Of a DNA stretch of 64,000 nt, positions 10,265 to 20,265 are shown in pieces; within the stretch, counting starts at the first letter, position 1; every line of letters begins with the position of its first letter. Under the pieces are notes generated by a model. It saw only the letters and a list, made by a program, of their open reading frames with translations. It ran no database searches and was not told the origin of the DNA. This DNA comes from Candidatus Bathyarchaeia archaeon. Its GTDB lineage: Archaea; Thermoproteota; Bathyarchaeia; Bathyarchaeales; Bathycorpusculaceae. The position numbers were made by a program, and so were the translations under genes. Location of the stretch: positions 128,001 through 192,000 of the forward strand of contig JAVZLQ010000003.1 in assembly GCA_038883655.1 (NCBI GenBank). Direction: 5' to 3'.

Positions 10265-11551
10265 TTGCAAAACACTACGGAACAAGTAAAGGTTCTCCCA
10301 GTTTTAGTTTGCAGAAAAGGGCAAGTTTCAGAGAGATTTCTAAATGAAAGAATAAAGCAGCTCAATAAAAACTTGAAAATTAAAGCCGAAATTTTAGAGG
10401 GAATAACAATCAACGACGAAGAAGACCTCGCAATTTTTGATGTACATGCGAAGGATGCTGACGTCATACTCTTATACAAGCCACATCTCGGCTTAGGAAA
10501 CTGCGTAACTGAAATAGCAAAGCGTGGGCTACCAATAATGCTTTTCAATGATGAGGGATTAGTAAACAACCCGTTAGACGCGCTGGAATATGTGTACACG
10601 CGCAATAACGTTTGGGTTGCCCTAGATCACCAAGACATAAACGATTATCTGGAAACAATCTCGGTTAGGGAAAGACTTAGAAGAACAAAAATTTTAGTTT
10701 TAAATGAGGATTACCCTCACTGGGAGCGATTTTTATCACGTGTCCAGGGTGGACGCGAAGCCATCAAAAAGAGGTTTGGAATAGAACTTGAGTACGTTCA
10801 AAGCGAAGATGTAATGAAGCGATGGGAAAAAATAGATGACGCAGTTGCCGAGCAGCTTGTTGAAAAATGGATGCGCGAGGCAGATAAAATTGTTGAACCC
10901 TCAAAGACAGACGTCAAAGCAGTCGCCAAATTATACATTCTAATGAAAGATCTGTTGAGTGAGAAAAACGCCCAAGCGATAACAATGGCTTATGGCGACA
11001 ACCCATTGCCAGTTCCATGCTTCGCCTACACGAATCTGCGGGATGAAGGAATACCAGCAGCTTGCGAGGCGGACATCATCTCGTTACTTTCAATGGTAAT
11101 CCTCCATTACGTTGCAGAAAAACCATGCTTTATGGGAAACACGTTTGTTGACACAAAAGACGATGCGCTGGTTCTCAGCCATTGCGTATGCCCAAGAAAA
11201 ATGGAAGGCTACAACGCAGACGCATCGCCATACATTTTAAGGCGATACCATACGGAGAGTTTTACTGGAAGCCTAACAGCCTTCGTGAAAATGAAGATTG
11301 GACAAGAAGTAACAGTTTGTAGGTTAAGTGGAGACTTGAAGAACATGGTTGTCGCCAACGGCGTCATCATGGACTGCACGGAAATGGATAGCGAAAGGTA
11401 CTGTAGAATTACAGTTAAAGTGAAAATTAAAAATTCGCGCGAATTTGTCCATAAAACATCGGGCAACCACCATGTGATGGTTTATGGCGACTATAGAGAA
11501 CAGCTTAAAAGATTAAACAGCTTGTTAAATATAAACACTATAGAAATCTAA
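10265..11551 (+). CDS. L-fucose/L-arabinose isomerase-like protein
   Basis: PC...L.DEGIPAACEAD, SHC, G..VT..R, CR, GNHHVMVYGD. Confidence 0.7.
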   Translation: MQNTTEQVKVLPVLVCRKGQVSERFLNERIKQLNKNLKIKAEILEGITINDEEDLAIFDVHAKDADVILLYKPHLGLGNCVTEIAKRGLPIMLFNDEGLVNNPLDALEYVYTRNNVWVALDHQDINDYLETISVRERLRRTKILVLNEDYPHWERFLSRVQGGREAIKKRFGIELEYVQSEDVMKRWEKIDDAVAEQLVEKWMREADKIVEPSKTDVKAVAKLYILMKDLLSEKNAQAITMAYGDNPLPVPCFAYTNLRDEGIPAACEADIISLLSMVILHYVAEKPCFMGNTFVDTKDDALVLSHCVCPRKMEGYNADASPYILRRYHTESFTGSLTAFVKMKIGQEVTVCRLSGDLKNMVVANGVIMDCTEMDSERYCRITVKVKIKNSREFVHKTSGNHHVMVYGDYREQLKRLNSLLNINTIEI

Positions 11552-11615
11552 AAGAACAATACAATTAAGTTTAATAGGTTGCCCCGAATATATTCACGGA
11601 AAAGGTGAACACTCT

Positions 11616-12236
11616 ATGGAAGAGCAGTCACAACGAGGCGAATACTTGTGGATTCCAGGAGCAACAACGGTTGGGGTCGTATGCCGAGATGGCGTCATAC
11701 TTGCATCTGAAAAGCGCGTTTCGTACGGCACGCTAGTGGTAAGCAAGGGAGGAAAAAAGGTTTTCAAAATAACAGACCGTATAGGCGCCGCATGTGCTGG
11801 GTTAGTGTCGGACATGCAAATTCTCGTCAGGGAAGTTGAAGCCTTTGCAAACCTGTTCGCTCTCGAAACTGGAAGACCAATTTCCGTAAGGTCAGCGGCA
11901 AAACTGATTTCAAACGTGCTTTTTGAGCAGAGAAGAGCACCGCTAATAACACAAACGATCGTGGGCGGAATAGACGAAGAAGGCCCATCCATATACGTTC
12001 TTGACATCCTCGGTTCGCTTATATCTGAAAAGTACGCTGTTGTGGGCTCAGGAACAGAAATCGCCATGGGCGTGATCGAAGACGGCTACAAAGAAGATAT
12101 GCCTATCGAAGAAGCGAAGGAGCTTGTTGTTAGAGCAATAAAATCAGCCATAAGTAGAGACGTAATGAGCGGAGACGGAATAGACTTCCTTCTAATAACG
12201 AAAGATGGGATAAAGGAAGAATCGATAAAGTTTTAA
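11616..12236 (+). CDS. psmB: Proteasome beta subunit, probably non-catalytic type
   Basis: G-ATTVG, VILASEKR, GSG, SAISRD..SGDG. Confidence 0.92.
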   Translation: MEEQSQRGEYLWIPGATTVGVVCRDGVILASEKRVSYGTLVVSKGGKKVFKITDRIGAACAGLVSDMQILVREVEAFANLFALETGRPISVRSAAKLISNVLFEQRRAPLITQTIVGGIDEEGPSIYVLDILGSLISEKYAVVGSGTEIAMGVIEDGYKEDMPIEEAKELVVRAIKSAISRDVMSGDGIDFLLITKDGIKEESIKF

Positions 12237-12296
12237 CCTTAATAGTCTAGAAGGCTTACTGAGCATTCAGATTCACGCCTTCAGTGGAATGGAAAA

Positions 12297-12923
12297 TTGC
12301 CATTTGAACTAGACATAGAAGAAGGCAAATTACTAGTAAAACTTGCACGTGAAGCAGTAGAAGAATACCTAAAGACAAGACGCAAAACGAAAGCGCCAGA
12401 AAACATATCGGAAAAACTTCGGCAACCATGCGGCGTATTCGTCACAATAAACACTCTTACAAACGGAGAAAAAGAGTTAAGAGGTTGTATAGGATACCCA
12501 TACCCCACAACACCACTTGTTGAAGCTGTAATTGATTCCGCAATAAGCTCGGCAACGCAAGACCCGCGTTTTTACCCGCTCTCACTGAACGAACTTGACA
12601 AAGTAGTGTTTGAAGTAAGCGTGCTCACGCCACCACAACTAATAAGCGTTGAAAAGACAAGCGATTATCCAAACAAAATAAAAGTTGGAGAAGACGGTTT
12701 AATGATTGAAAGGGGCATATTCAAAGGTTTGCTTTTGCCTCAAGTTCCAGTTGAATGGGGATGGGACGAGGAGGAGTTCCTATGCCAATGCTGTATAAAG
12801 GCGGGGCTGCCGCCAGACGCTTGGCTCCTAAAAGACACAAAAATCTACAAGTTCCAAGCCATAATTTTTGAAGAGGAAAAACCAAGAGGCGAGGTTAAGC
12901 GCAAATCCCTTGGCGGGAAATAA
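12297..12923 (+). CDS. AMMECR1/AmmeMemoRadiSam protein A family
   Basis: GVFVT, LRGCIG, DPRF, EVSVLT, GLLLPQV. Confidence 0.92.
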   Translation: MPFELDIEEGKLLVKLAREAVEEYLKTRRKTKAPENISEKLRQPCGVFVTINTLTNGEKELRGCIGYPYPTTPLVEAVIDSAISSATQDPRFYPLSLNELDKVVFEVSVLTPPQLISVEKTSDYPNKIKVGEDGLMIERGIFKGLLLPQVPVEWGWDEEEFLCQCCIKAGLPPDAWLLKDTKIYKFQAIIFEEEKPRGEVKRKSLGGK

Positions 12924-12927
12924 CTAT

Positions 12928-14109
12928 ATGAAAGTTTACTTTGCGCCATGCGGCATCGGTTTGGGTCACGTTGGAAGATGCATACCAATAGCAAAGAAAC
13001 TTAGAAATGCCGAAATAATGTTTTCCACATATGGCGAAGGCATAAGCCAAGTTGAAAAGGAAAAGCTGCCATTGATAAGGGCGCCCTCGATAGGTTTTAA
13101 GGTCAAGCCTGACGGAACAATAGACTTTAAGCAAACAGCGATCAACCCTGGACCATTTTTAGCTTCGTTCACTCTTCTAGAGCAGATTAATGCGGAGATA
13201 AGGGCTATTGAACGCTTCAAGCCCGATATTGTAGTTTCTGATTCGCGTGTTTCGCCGCTAATCGCAGCAAAAATTTTGGGAATACCAAGAATCTGTATTC
13301 TAAATCAGTTTCAAGTCATAATTCCCAGAAGAAAACGCTTCTTGCGTTTGGCAAGGTTCGCAGACTCCATAACATTAACGCTCATCGGCAAGATTTGGAC
13401 AAGCGGAAAATACGTTTTGATACCAGACTTTCCGCAGCCATACACAATATGCGCTGGAAACCTAAACATTCCAAAATTTTACAGAGAAAAGGTAAAGTTG
13501 ATTGGTCCAATCTTGCCGGTAAACCCGCATGCGTTGCCACCAAAGGAGAAACTGCGGAAAAAGCTAAAACTGCCTACGGATAAGCCCCTGATCTTTGTTC
13601 CGATAAGTGGTCCAATTAAAGAAAGAGCTTATCTAATCGGGATTTTAAGGAAAATTTTGCTTGAATTTCCAGAAGATTATGAAATAGTCATGTCGTTGGG
13701 CTATCCCAATGCAGATGATAAGCCAATGCGTTATGGCAATCTGACAATTTACAAGTGGATTCCAAACCGCTTTGAGTACTTAAAGTCGTGCGACCTAGTG
13801 ATTAGTCGCGCTGGACATGGAACCCTAACCCAATGCATATGCTATGGAAAACCAATGATACTTGTGCCGACGCCGAATCACACGGAACAAATCATCAACG
13901 CTAAACAAGCTGAAAAAATTGGCGCTGCAGAAATCATCCAACAAGAAAAACTTAACAAGGGAAGGCTGTTAAAAATTGTTGAAAAAATTTTGGAAAGCGA
14001 AACCCCACGGCGACTAATGGAGATACAGAAGGAAGCAGCCAAATACGATGGGTTAGAAAACGCTGTGAAAATGATAGCTGAGGTTGCTGGTGAAAAGCAA
14101 GTATTTTAA
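12928..14109 (+). CDS. MurG-like GT28 glycosyltransferase
   Basis: CGIGLGHVGR, ISRAGHGT, HTEQ..NA; start trimmed to ATG 12928. Confidence 0.85.
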   Translation: MKVYFAPCGIGLGHVGRCIPIAKKLRNAEIMFSTYGEGISQVEKEKLPLIRAPSIGFKVKPDGTIDFKQTAINPGPFLASFTLLEQINAEIRAIERFKPDIVVSDSRVSPLIAAKILGIPRICILNQFQVIIPRRKRFLRLARFADSITLTLIGKIWTSGKYVLIPDFPQPYTICAGNLNIPKFYREKVKLIGPILPVNPHALPPKEKLRKKLKLPTDKPLIFVPISGPIKERAYLIGILRKILLEFPEDYEIVMSLGYPNADDKPMRYGNLTIYKWIPNRFEYLKSCDLVISRAGHGTLTQCICYGKPMILVPTPNHTEQIINAKQAEKIGAAEIIQQEKLNKGRLLKIVEKILESETPRRLMEIQKEAAKYDGLENAVKMIAEVAGEKQVF

Positions 14110-14131
14110 GCGAAAAGGCGAAGTTAAAAGT

Positions 14132-14986
14132 ATGTTCCTTCCACGCAAAATTTTGGAAGAAAAACTTCAAAGAATATTAGCCGAAGACGTTGGACAAGGA
14201 GACATAACAACCGCATTAGCAGTTCCGCCAGAAAAGATCGTTGGAGCGCAAATAATCATGAAAGAAAGCGGAGTTGCCGCTGGAATTGAGGAGACAAAGA
14301 CGCTTTTAGAAGGCCTTGGTCTTAAAGTTGAGGCTTTGGTTGCTGATGGAGCCAATGTAAAAGCAGGACAAGTTTTAATGAAAATTTCTGGTGATGCGCG
14401 GACAATATTAACGGCTGAACGCACAGTCTTAAACATTCTTTCAAGAATGAGCGGCATTGCAACAGCAACACGGAGACTCGTAGAAGAAATAAGGAAGGCG
14501 AAACTCAAAACGAAAGTTGCTTGCACAAGGAAAACAGCGCCTGGACTATTATACTTTGATAAAAAGGCTGTTTGGATAGGTGGGGGAGACACGCATAGGT
14601 TTCACTTAGACGACATGGTTTTGATAAAGGATAATCACATAGCAGTGGCTGGCAGCATCAAAGAAGCAATAGCTAAGGCAAAGAAGGGTGCCTCTTTTGG
14701 CAAGAAAATTGAAGTTGAAGTTTCAAGAATTGAAGATGTTTTGGTTGCTGCGAAGAGTGGAGCCGACATAATCATGCTGGACAACTTCACCCCAGAAAAA
14801 ATAAGGAAGGTTGTGGAACTTTTGAAGAAAAAGGGTTTTTACGGAAAAGTTATTTTGGAGGCAAGTGGCGGTATAACAACAAAAAATTTCATGGAGTTCG
14901 TTTTGACAGGCGTTGACGTTATAAGCCTAGGCGAAATAACAGCAAGCCCAAAAACTTTGGACATAAGCCTAGAAATCGTTAAATGA
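14132..14986 (+). CDS. nadC: Quinolinate phosphoribosyltransferase
   Basis: ED...GDITT, TRKTAPG, HR..LDD..LIKDNH, IMLDN, EASGGI. Confidence 0.93.
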   Translation: MFLPRKILEEKLQRILAEDVGQGDITTALAVPPEKIVGAQIIMKESGVAAGIEETKTLLEGLGLKVEALVADGANVKAGQVLMKISGDARTILTAERTVLNILSRMSGIATATRRLVEEIRKAKLKTKVACTRKTAPGLLYFDKKAVWIGGGDTHRFHLDDMVLIKDNHIAVAGSIKEAIAKAKKGASFGKKIEVEVSRIEDVLVAAKSGADIIMLDNFTPEKIRKVVELLKKKGFYGKVILEASGGITTKNFMEFVLTGVDVISLGEITASPKTLDISLEIVK

Positions 14987-14989
14987 TGG

Positions 14990-15679
14990 TTAAGGAAAGA
15001 GAAGCGCCAAAGCCAGGACTATAAGATTCAATGTTGCATGAGCAGAAGCTGATATGGTGTACGAACGCCACTTATAATAAACGTAACCCAAAACTAAACC
15101 TAATAGAAAAGCGGCAATTGTGTAAACCATTTGCGGGTCAAAATGTAAGAGACCGAAAACCAACGAAGATGCAAATATGGCTACTCCAGAAGAGTATCTG
15201 CCACCTATGGCAGTTTGCAGAAAACCTCTAAAAGCGAATTCTTCGCATAGCCCAGCCAATGTTAGAGTTGCAACAACCAAAATTAATCCCTCTATAGAAC
15301 TGCTCATTTCGATTATTCGTTTATTGCTTTGTTCAACAGCTTCGCTTTGGCCAAGTAACATTGTTAATACTATGATAATGAAAATGTCAAATAAAAGCAA
15401 CAAAGCGCCAACAACAACACCCAATGCGATACTTTTAAAATTTATTTCAAGCCCTATGTACTTTTTAATGTCAACTCCTTTGTAAATTAAATAGCAGAAC
15501 GGAACAGCTGCGATGAGCAATTCTCCAAGCACCATGAAAATTTTCTCGCCAATTTCTTCGCCAAGCAGAGCGAAGACAAAAACTCCTAAAAACAACATAA
15601 GTAAGAAGCTGGCAATCACTGCTAGAACAGCCACACCCGGCGATATTTCCTGCGTATCCTTTACCGTTTTGTTTTCCAT
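14990..15679 (-). CDS. CPBP (CAAX/Abi) intramembrane metalloprotease
   Basis: EEFAFRG, FGLLH, H...N motifs; multiple TM helices. Confidence 0.88.
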   Translation of the reverse strand: MENKTVKDTQEISPGVAVLAVIASFLLMLFLGVFVFALLGEEIGEKIFMVLGELLIAAVPFCYLIYKGVDIKKYIGLEINFKSIALGVVVGALLLLFDIFIIIVLTMLLGQSEAVEQSNKRIIEMSSSIEGLILVVATLTLAGLCEEFAFRGFLQTAIGGRYSSGVAIFASSLVFGLLHFDPQMVYTIAAFLLGLVLGYVYYKWRSYTISASAHATLNLIVLALALLFP

Positions 15680-15680
15680 T

Positions 15681-16391
15681 TTAATCCTTTTTAGCTATTT
15701 TTATTATTCTGAAGCCTCTTGCAACTGGGTTTAACATTTCAGTAATATTAACTTTTTTTAAAACTTCTTTTTCGTCTATTGCATGGCCTCTCACATCGTG
15801 TTCAGCAAGCATCAGCGAATAAAGGTAAACCCTCCCTTCAGCGATTTTGTGCTGGCATTTTGAGGGCAAACCTAGTAGGAACGCTTTATCCTCTTTTAAT
15901 GCTTTCTCGCATACATACAAAATTGCGTGGGCTCCAGAAGTTAGTTCCGCTATTCGCACTGGTATGCTTTCCTTTCCAATGGCTAGGACGTCAACACCGT
16001 ATTTCTGGGTGATTTCGCCAGCAACTTTCCTTATCTTTGGAAAGATTTTTAGAAGGTGTCTTCTAGCTTTATTTGAAATTTTCATGTTTGAAAACTGGAT
16101 TGGAGAAAGCTGTTCAAGAGAAACCGCGCCTAAAGACATGTCAAGATGCACGACATCCGCTTTCACCTTGCCCAGCAGTTCCTTGCAGAGCTCCGCCTCT
16201 TTAATTATTACTTCATGTCCGTTTTTGGCATCCGCAAAAACTGGTTCAGCTATGCTAAGTGATGGTTCCCTATAGGGTGGGTCAACAACAACCGCCGCCG
16301 TCGCAACAATGTAAATTGGCTCAAATTTATTGTCCAGCACAGCGGAGGAAGAGTCTGCCGCAACAATTCGCAAAGGGGTTTCACCCAACAT
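15681..16391 (-). CDS. DUF4152-like archaeal protein
   Basis: RIVAADS..A.L, DVVHLDMSLG, IGKESIPVRIAEL, LGLP. Confidence 0.7.
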   Translation of the reverse strand: MLGETPLRIVAADSSSAVLDNKFEPIYIVATAAVVVDPPYREPSLSIAEPVFADAKNGHEVIIKEAELCKELLGKVKADVVHLDMSLGAVSLEQLSPIQFSNMKISNKARRHLLKIFPKIRKVAGEITQKYGVDVLAIGKESIPVRIAELTSGAHAILYVCEKALKEDKAFLLGLPSKCQHKIAEGRVYLYSLMLAEHDVRGHAIDEKEVLKKVNITEMLNPVARGFRIIKIAKKD

Positions 16392-16411
16392 AAAAATAGC
16401 GCTTAAAGGAT

Positions 16412-17038
16412 TTAATATTTGATGCTAGTCTTCTTTTTTAGGCGTAATCCCAAAATGAATATTTCTGAACTTTTAGCTCGACTTGCCTTTGGCTTTATAA
16501 CACGCACAACTTCAAAGCATCCACTAACTTTTTTTATAAAATCGTCAAGCATGTCGCCCTGAAAAACTTTGACAAAAAAGTTTCCAGAAGGCTTCAGCGT
16601 TTTCATCGCTATTTCGAGGGCATGTTGCGCCAAATCTATTTGCCGTGCATGGTCAACCTCCCAAACTCCAGAAATGTTAGGCGAGGCATCTGAAATTACG
16701 ACATCAGCATTATGGGGAAGAATACTCAAAATCTGTTCAACTGTTTCTTGTTCGGTTATGTCACCTATGATTGTGCGAACATTATCTTCTGGAAGAGGTT
16801 CTACGCGTTTGAGGTCAACGCCTAAAACAAAGCCTTTTTTCCCAACAACTTTTCTTGCAGCTTGAAGCCAGCCTCCCGGGGCCGCGCCCAGATCAACGAC
16901 CACGTCGCCCCTTCTCATGAAATGGTATTTTTCAACTGCTTGCAAAAGCTTGTAGGCGGCTCTTGAACGATAAAGTTCTTCCTTAGCCTTCTTGTAGTAG
17001 TAGTCCCTTTTCCTTTCCTGAATCCAAGCTTTGGGCAA
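16412..17038 (-). CDS. rlmE: 23S rRNA 2'-O-methyltransferase RlmE/FtsJ
   Basis: YRSRAAYKL, DLGAAPGGW, SDASP, KVFQG, KPKASR..SSE. Confidence 0.93.
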   Translation of the reverse strand: MPKAWIQERKRDYYYKKAKEELYRSRAAYKLLQAVEKYHFMRRGDVVVDLGAAPGGWLQAARKVVGKKGFVLGVDLKRVEPLPEDNVRTIIGDITEQETVEQILSILPHNADVVISDASPNISGVWEVDHARQIDLAQHALEIAMKTLKPSGNFFVKVFQGDMLDDFIKKVSGCFEVVRVIKPKASRAKSSEIFILGLRLKKKTSIKY

Positions 17039-17040
17039 AA

Positions 17041-17418
17041 CTAGCTGTCACCCAAAAGTGTAGGTTCATCCTTAGAAATTGAAATAAGCCACTGTGTAAG
17101 CCTCTCACATGTTTGCGGAGAAATGGCACTTGCGGGGTCGCATCTTGAAGCGTCCGGGCACATGAGGCATGGGCAGTCTGCTATCGAATCTATTGATGCT
17201 GGAAGCCTTTTTGGAAAAAGCCTATAAGTCCATCTACCATCGCGTAGCTCCTTTTCCCGCCTTATCAAACCTCTACTCTCAAGTTTTAGGGCTATTCTAG
17301 AGCCTTCTCTGCTGCTTGCGCCCAATTTACGCCATAACTCTGACTGGAGGACACCATCAGCGCCCATGCGCATTATGTATTGGAGGGCTCTCTGCTCCAA
17401 ATCATTATGTTTTGCCAT
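17041..17418 (-). CDS. TFE beta subunit / RPC34 (C34) homolog: winged helix + [4Fe-4S] motif
   Basis: GVLQSELWRKLG wHTH; C-terminal PCLMC-x5-C-x5-ISPQTC..LTQWL matches the RPC34 Fe-S motif. Confidence 0.8.
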   Translation of the reverse strand: MAKHNDLEQRALQYIMRMGADGVLQSELWRKLGASSREGSRIALKLESRGLIRREKELRDGRWTYRLFPKRLPASIDSIADCPCLMCPDASRCDPASAISPQTCERLTQWLISISKDEPTLLGDS

Positions 17419-17502
17419 TTCTAACCGTTCAGCCTCACCATCTACTAATATATGAAACATTTTAAATAAAAAGTGTATGCCTAACAACCCACTAAAGGAA
17501 CG

Positions 17503-18540
17503 TTGAGAAGGATTAGAATGAAAAGAAAAGCCGCAGAAACAGTGTACTGCCTAGGAATAGAGTCAACAGCAGACGACTTCAGCGTGGGAATAGCAACATC
17601 AAACGGCGAGATCTTGGCAAACATCATAAGCGCATATGTGCCAGAAGAAGGCGGAATCCACCCACGTGAAGCAGCAAGACACCACGCAGAAAAAGCAAGC
17701 CAAGTCTTGGAAGAAGCACTAAAAAAGGCGGAAATAAAAGCAAAAGATTTGTCCATCATCGCGTTTTCGCAAGGACCAGGTTTAGGTCCATGCCTAAGAA
17801 CCGGCGCCACAATAGCCCGCGCTTTAGCATACTATTTGCGAGTCCCGTTAGTCGGGGTTAACCATTGCATAGCCCACATTGAAATAGGTAAGCTAAAAAC
17901 AGGAGCTAAGGATCCAGTTACGCTTTATGTTTCCGGGGGTAACACTATTGTTGCGGCTTTTGATTCTGGACGTTATAGGGTGTTTGGAGAAACCTTAGAC
18001 GTAGCCCTTGGCAACTGTATTGACGTTTTTGCGAGAGAAGCTGGTTTAAAGCAGAAAGAGGGCATGCCCTTTGGCGCTGTGGTGGAGAAACTTGCAGCTA
18101 AAGGGGAAAGGCTTGTTCCATTGCCCTACACTGTTAAGGGTATGGATGCTTCTTTCAGTGGTTTACTAACCGCTGCGGTGAATCTGCTAAAAAGCAAGAA
18201 GCATAGGCTTGAGGACTTGTGTTATAGCCTTCAAGAGACAGCCTTCTCCATGGTTACGGAAATAACTGAAAGGGCATTGGCACACACAGAGAAAAAGGAA
18301 GTTTTGTTAACTGGCGGTGTGGCTGCAAACAAAAGATTACAGTCAATGATTAAAGCTATTGCAGAGGAACATGACGCGAGGTTCTGTGTTGTTCCAAGCG
18401 AGTTCGCAGTGGACAATGGAGCGATGATAGCTTGGACAGGCATGCTAGCCTACAAGCATGGCATATTGACGCCGATTGAACAAAGTTTTGTTAAACTTAG
18501 GTGGCGTCTTGAAGAGGTTGAGGCTCCATGGGTGAAATGA
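17503..18540 (+). CDS. kae1: KEOPS t6A synthase Kae1
   Basis: LGIESTA, GGIHPREAA, GPGLGP, VNHCIAH, SGGNT, DNGAMIA. True start may be ATG 17518. Confidence 0.95.
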   Translation: MRRIRMKRKAAETVYCLGIESTADDFSVGIATSNGEILANIISAYVPEEGGIHPREAARHHAEKASQVLEEALKKAEIKAKDLSIIAFSQGPGLGPCLRTGATIARALAYYLRVPLVGVNHCIAHIEIGKLKTGAKDPVTLYVSGGNTIVAAFDSGRYRVFGETLDVALGNCIDVFAREAGLKQKEGMPFGAVVEKLAAKGERLVPLPYTVKGMDASFSGLLTAAVNLLKSKKHRLEDLCYSLQETAFSMVTEITERALAHTEKKEVLLTGGVAANKRLQSMIKAIAEEHDARFCVVPSEFAVDNGAMIAWTGMLAYKHGILTPIEQSFVKLRWRLEEVEAPWVK

Positions 18541-19193
18541 AGCTCCGCTTAATAAAGAAGGGAGCGGAAGCAAACCTTTACCTTACGAGTTGGCATGGAA
18601 GAAAAGCCGTTATCAAAAGGCGTTTGCCGAAAAAATACCGTCCAGCACAACTGGATGATCGAATAAGAGCATATAGGACAATCCATGAGCCACAATTGAT
18701 GAGTGAAGCGAAGAAAGCGGGAGTTCCAACACCAACAATTTTTCTGGTTGATATCAGCGAAAACGCGATAATAATGGAGTTCATTGAAGGAACACAGGTA
18801 AAAATGTTGCTAAGCAAGATTACAAAAAGCGAAAGAAAAGCTATCTGCATAAAAATTGGCGAATTAATTGGAAGACTTCATGAAAAAGGCATAATTCACG
18901 GCGATTTAACAACTTCAAACATGATACTAGACCGCGAAGGAAAAATTTACTTCGTTGATTTCGGACTTGGCGAAAAAACAATGGAGATTGAAGCAATGGG
19001 GGTTGACTTACACCTTATGAAAAGAGCTTTACAAAGCACTCATTTCCGCTTCACGGAAGAATGTTTCAATGCCGTTATAGAAGGATATTCAAAAGTTTTA
19101 GGTGAAGAAAAAGCGAAAAGCGTTTTAGAAAAGGTTAGGGAGATAGAAAGAAGGGGAAGGTATGTTGCTGAAAGGAGAGAGAAAGAGGCATGA
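18528..19193 (+). CDS. bud32: KEOPS kinase Bud32
   Basis: KGAEA, K.R..K.YR, HGDLTTSN, DFGL. Confidence 0.95.
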   Translation: MGEMKLRLIKKGAEANLYLTSWHGRKAVIKRRLPKKYRPAQLDDRIRAYRTIHEPQLMSEAKKAGVPTPTIFLVDISENAIIMEFIEGTQVKMLLSKITKSERKAICIKIGELIGRLHEKGIIHGDLTTSNMILDREGKIYFVDFGLGEKTMEIEAMGVDLHLMKRALQSTHFRFTEECFNAVIEGYSKVLGEEKAKSVLEKVREIERRGRYVAERREKEA

Positions 19194-19600
19194 TTAAGAC
19201 TGTCTGGTGCGTAACATTCTATGTTTCAGATCTGAAGACGACAAAAGAATTTTACGAGAAAATTTTGGGTTTAGAGAAGAAGTATGAATATTCAAGCTAC
19301 GTAGGCTTTGAGTGCGGTGGAATCGAGATTGGTTTGATCCCGAAACTGGAAAAAGGACAAAAAGTAGGTCCATCATCGCCTTCAGTGGAATTTCTTGTAG
19401 ATAACGTTGAAGAAGTATATGAAACGCTCAAACAAAGGGGTGTAAAGTTCATTAAAGAATTGCATGAGGAACCTTGGGGTGGAAAACAAGCAAGTTTTAC
19501 GGACCCCGACGGCAACATCCTAGAAATAGTGCAGATGAACTGGGAAAAATATTTTAGCGTGGCTGCGGAAGGCGCTAAGAAAAGCTGTGAGAAACAATGA
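19190..19600 (+). CDS. VOC/glyoxalase family protein
   Basis: V.D......FY...LGL, F.VDNVE, EPWGG, FTDPDGN.LE. Confidence 0.88.
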   Translation: MIKTVWCVTFYVSDLKTTKEFYEKILGLEKKYEYSSYVGFECGGIEIGLIPKLEKGQKVGPSSPSVEFLVDNVEEVYETLKQRGVKFIKELHEEPWGGKQASFTDPDGNILEIVQMNWEKYFSVAAEGAKKSCEKQ

Positions 19601-20193
19601 GTTTCCCATTGAAGGGCAAAGTAATATTCTTCGCAACAAACAACATCAACAAATTCAACGAAGCACGCGTCGAACTGGCAAAACACAAAATTGCAGTTGG
19701 AATGCTGAAAGTTAAAACATTAGAAATTCAGAGCGAAAGCCTAGAAGAAATTGCAAAAACAAGCGCCATAGACGCATATAAAAAATGCGGTTTACCAATA
19801 ATAGTAGAAGATGCAGGACTCTTCGTAGAAGCCCTAAACGGTTTCCCAGGACCATACGCTTCCTACGTGTACAAGACAATAGGCAACGATGGTTTACTTT
19901 GCTTAATGGAAAACTTGGAAAACAGAAAGGCTGTTTTTCGCTCAGTAATTGCCTATTGCTCCTCAAATTTTGTCGCCCCAATATGTTTTGTTGGAGAGGT
20001 TGAGGGTGAAATAGCGAGAGAAGCGAGGCGAGACGAAAATCAATCTGGTTTTGGTTTCGACCCTATTTTTAAACCGTTAAACAGCACCAAAACTTTTGCT
20101 GAGATGAGCATAGCCGAGAAGAACATGTTTTCGCATCGTGCAAGGGCTTTACGCAAATTCGCAGAATGGTACACAAGTTCCAAGCAAAAGTAA
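19597..20193 (+). CDS. rdgB: XTP/dITP diphosphatase (RdgB/HAM1)
   Basis: ATNN..K, EDAGL, GFPGPY, GFGFDPIF, KN..SHRA. Confidence 0.93.
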   Translation: MSFPLKGKVIFFATNNINKFNEARVELAKHKIAVGMLKVKTLEIQSESLEEIAKTSAIDAYKKCGLPIIVEDAGLFVEALNGFPGPYASYVYKTIGNDGLLCLMENLENRKAVFRSVIAYCSSNFVAPICFVGEVEGEIAREARRDENQSGFGFDPIFKPLNSTKTFAEMSIAEKNMFSHRARALRKFAEWYTSSKQK

Positions 20194-20265
20194 AAGGATA
20201 AGCCTCCATCAATAATTTTAAATATTTGGCTACCATCGCTCATACAGAGTTTAAAGGGGTAAAAG

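Noticed and set aside
11594-12067. Long antisense ORFs (also 25651-26163, 43556-44083, 44687-45235 and others)
   Set aside because: They are shadows of well-supported genes on the opposite strand with no recognisable motifs.
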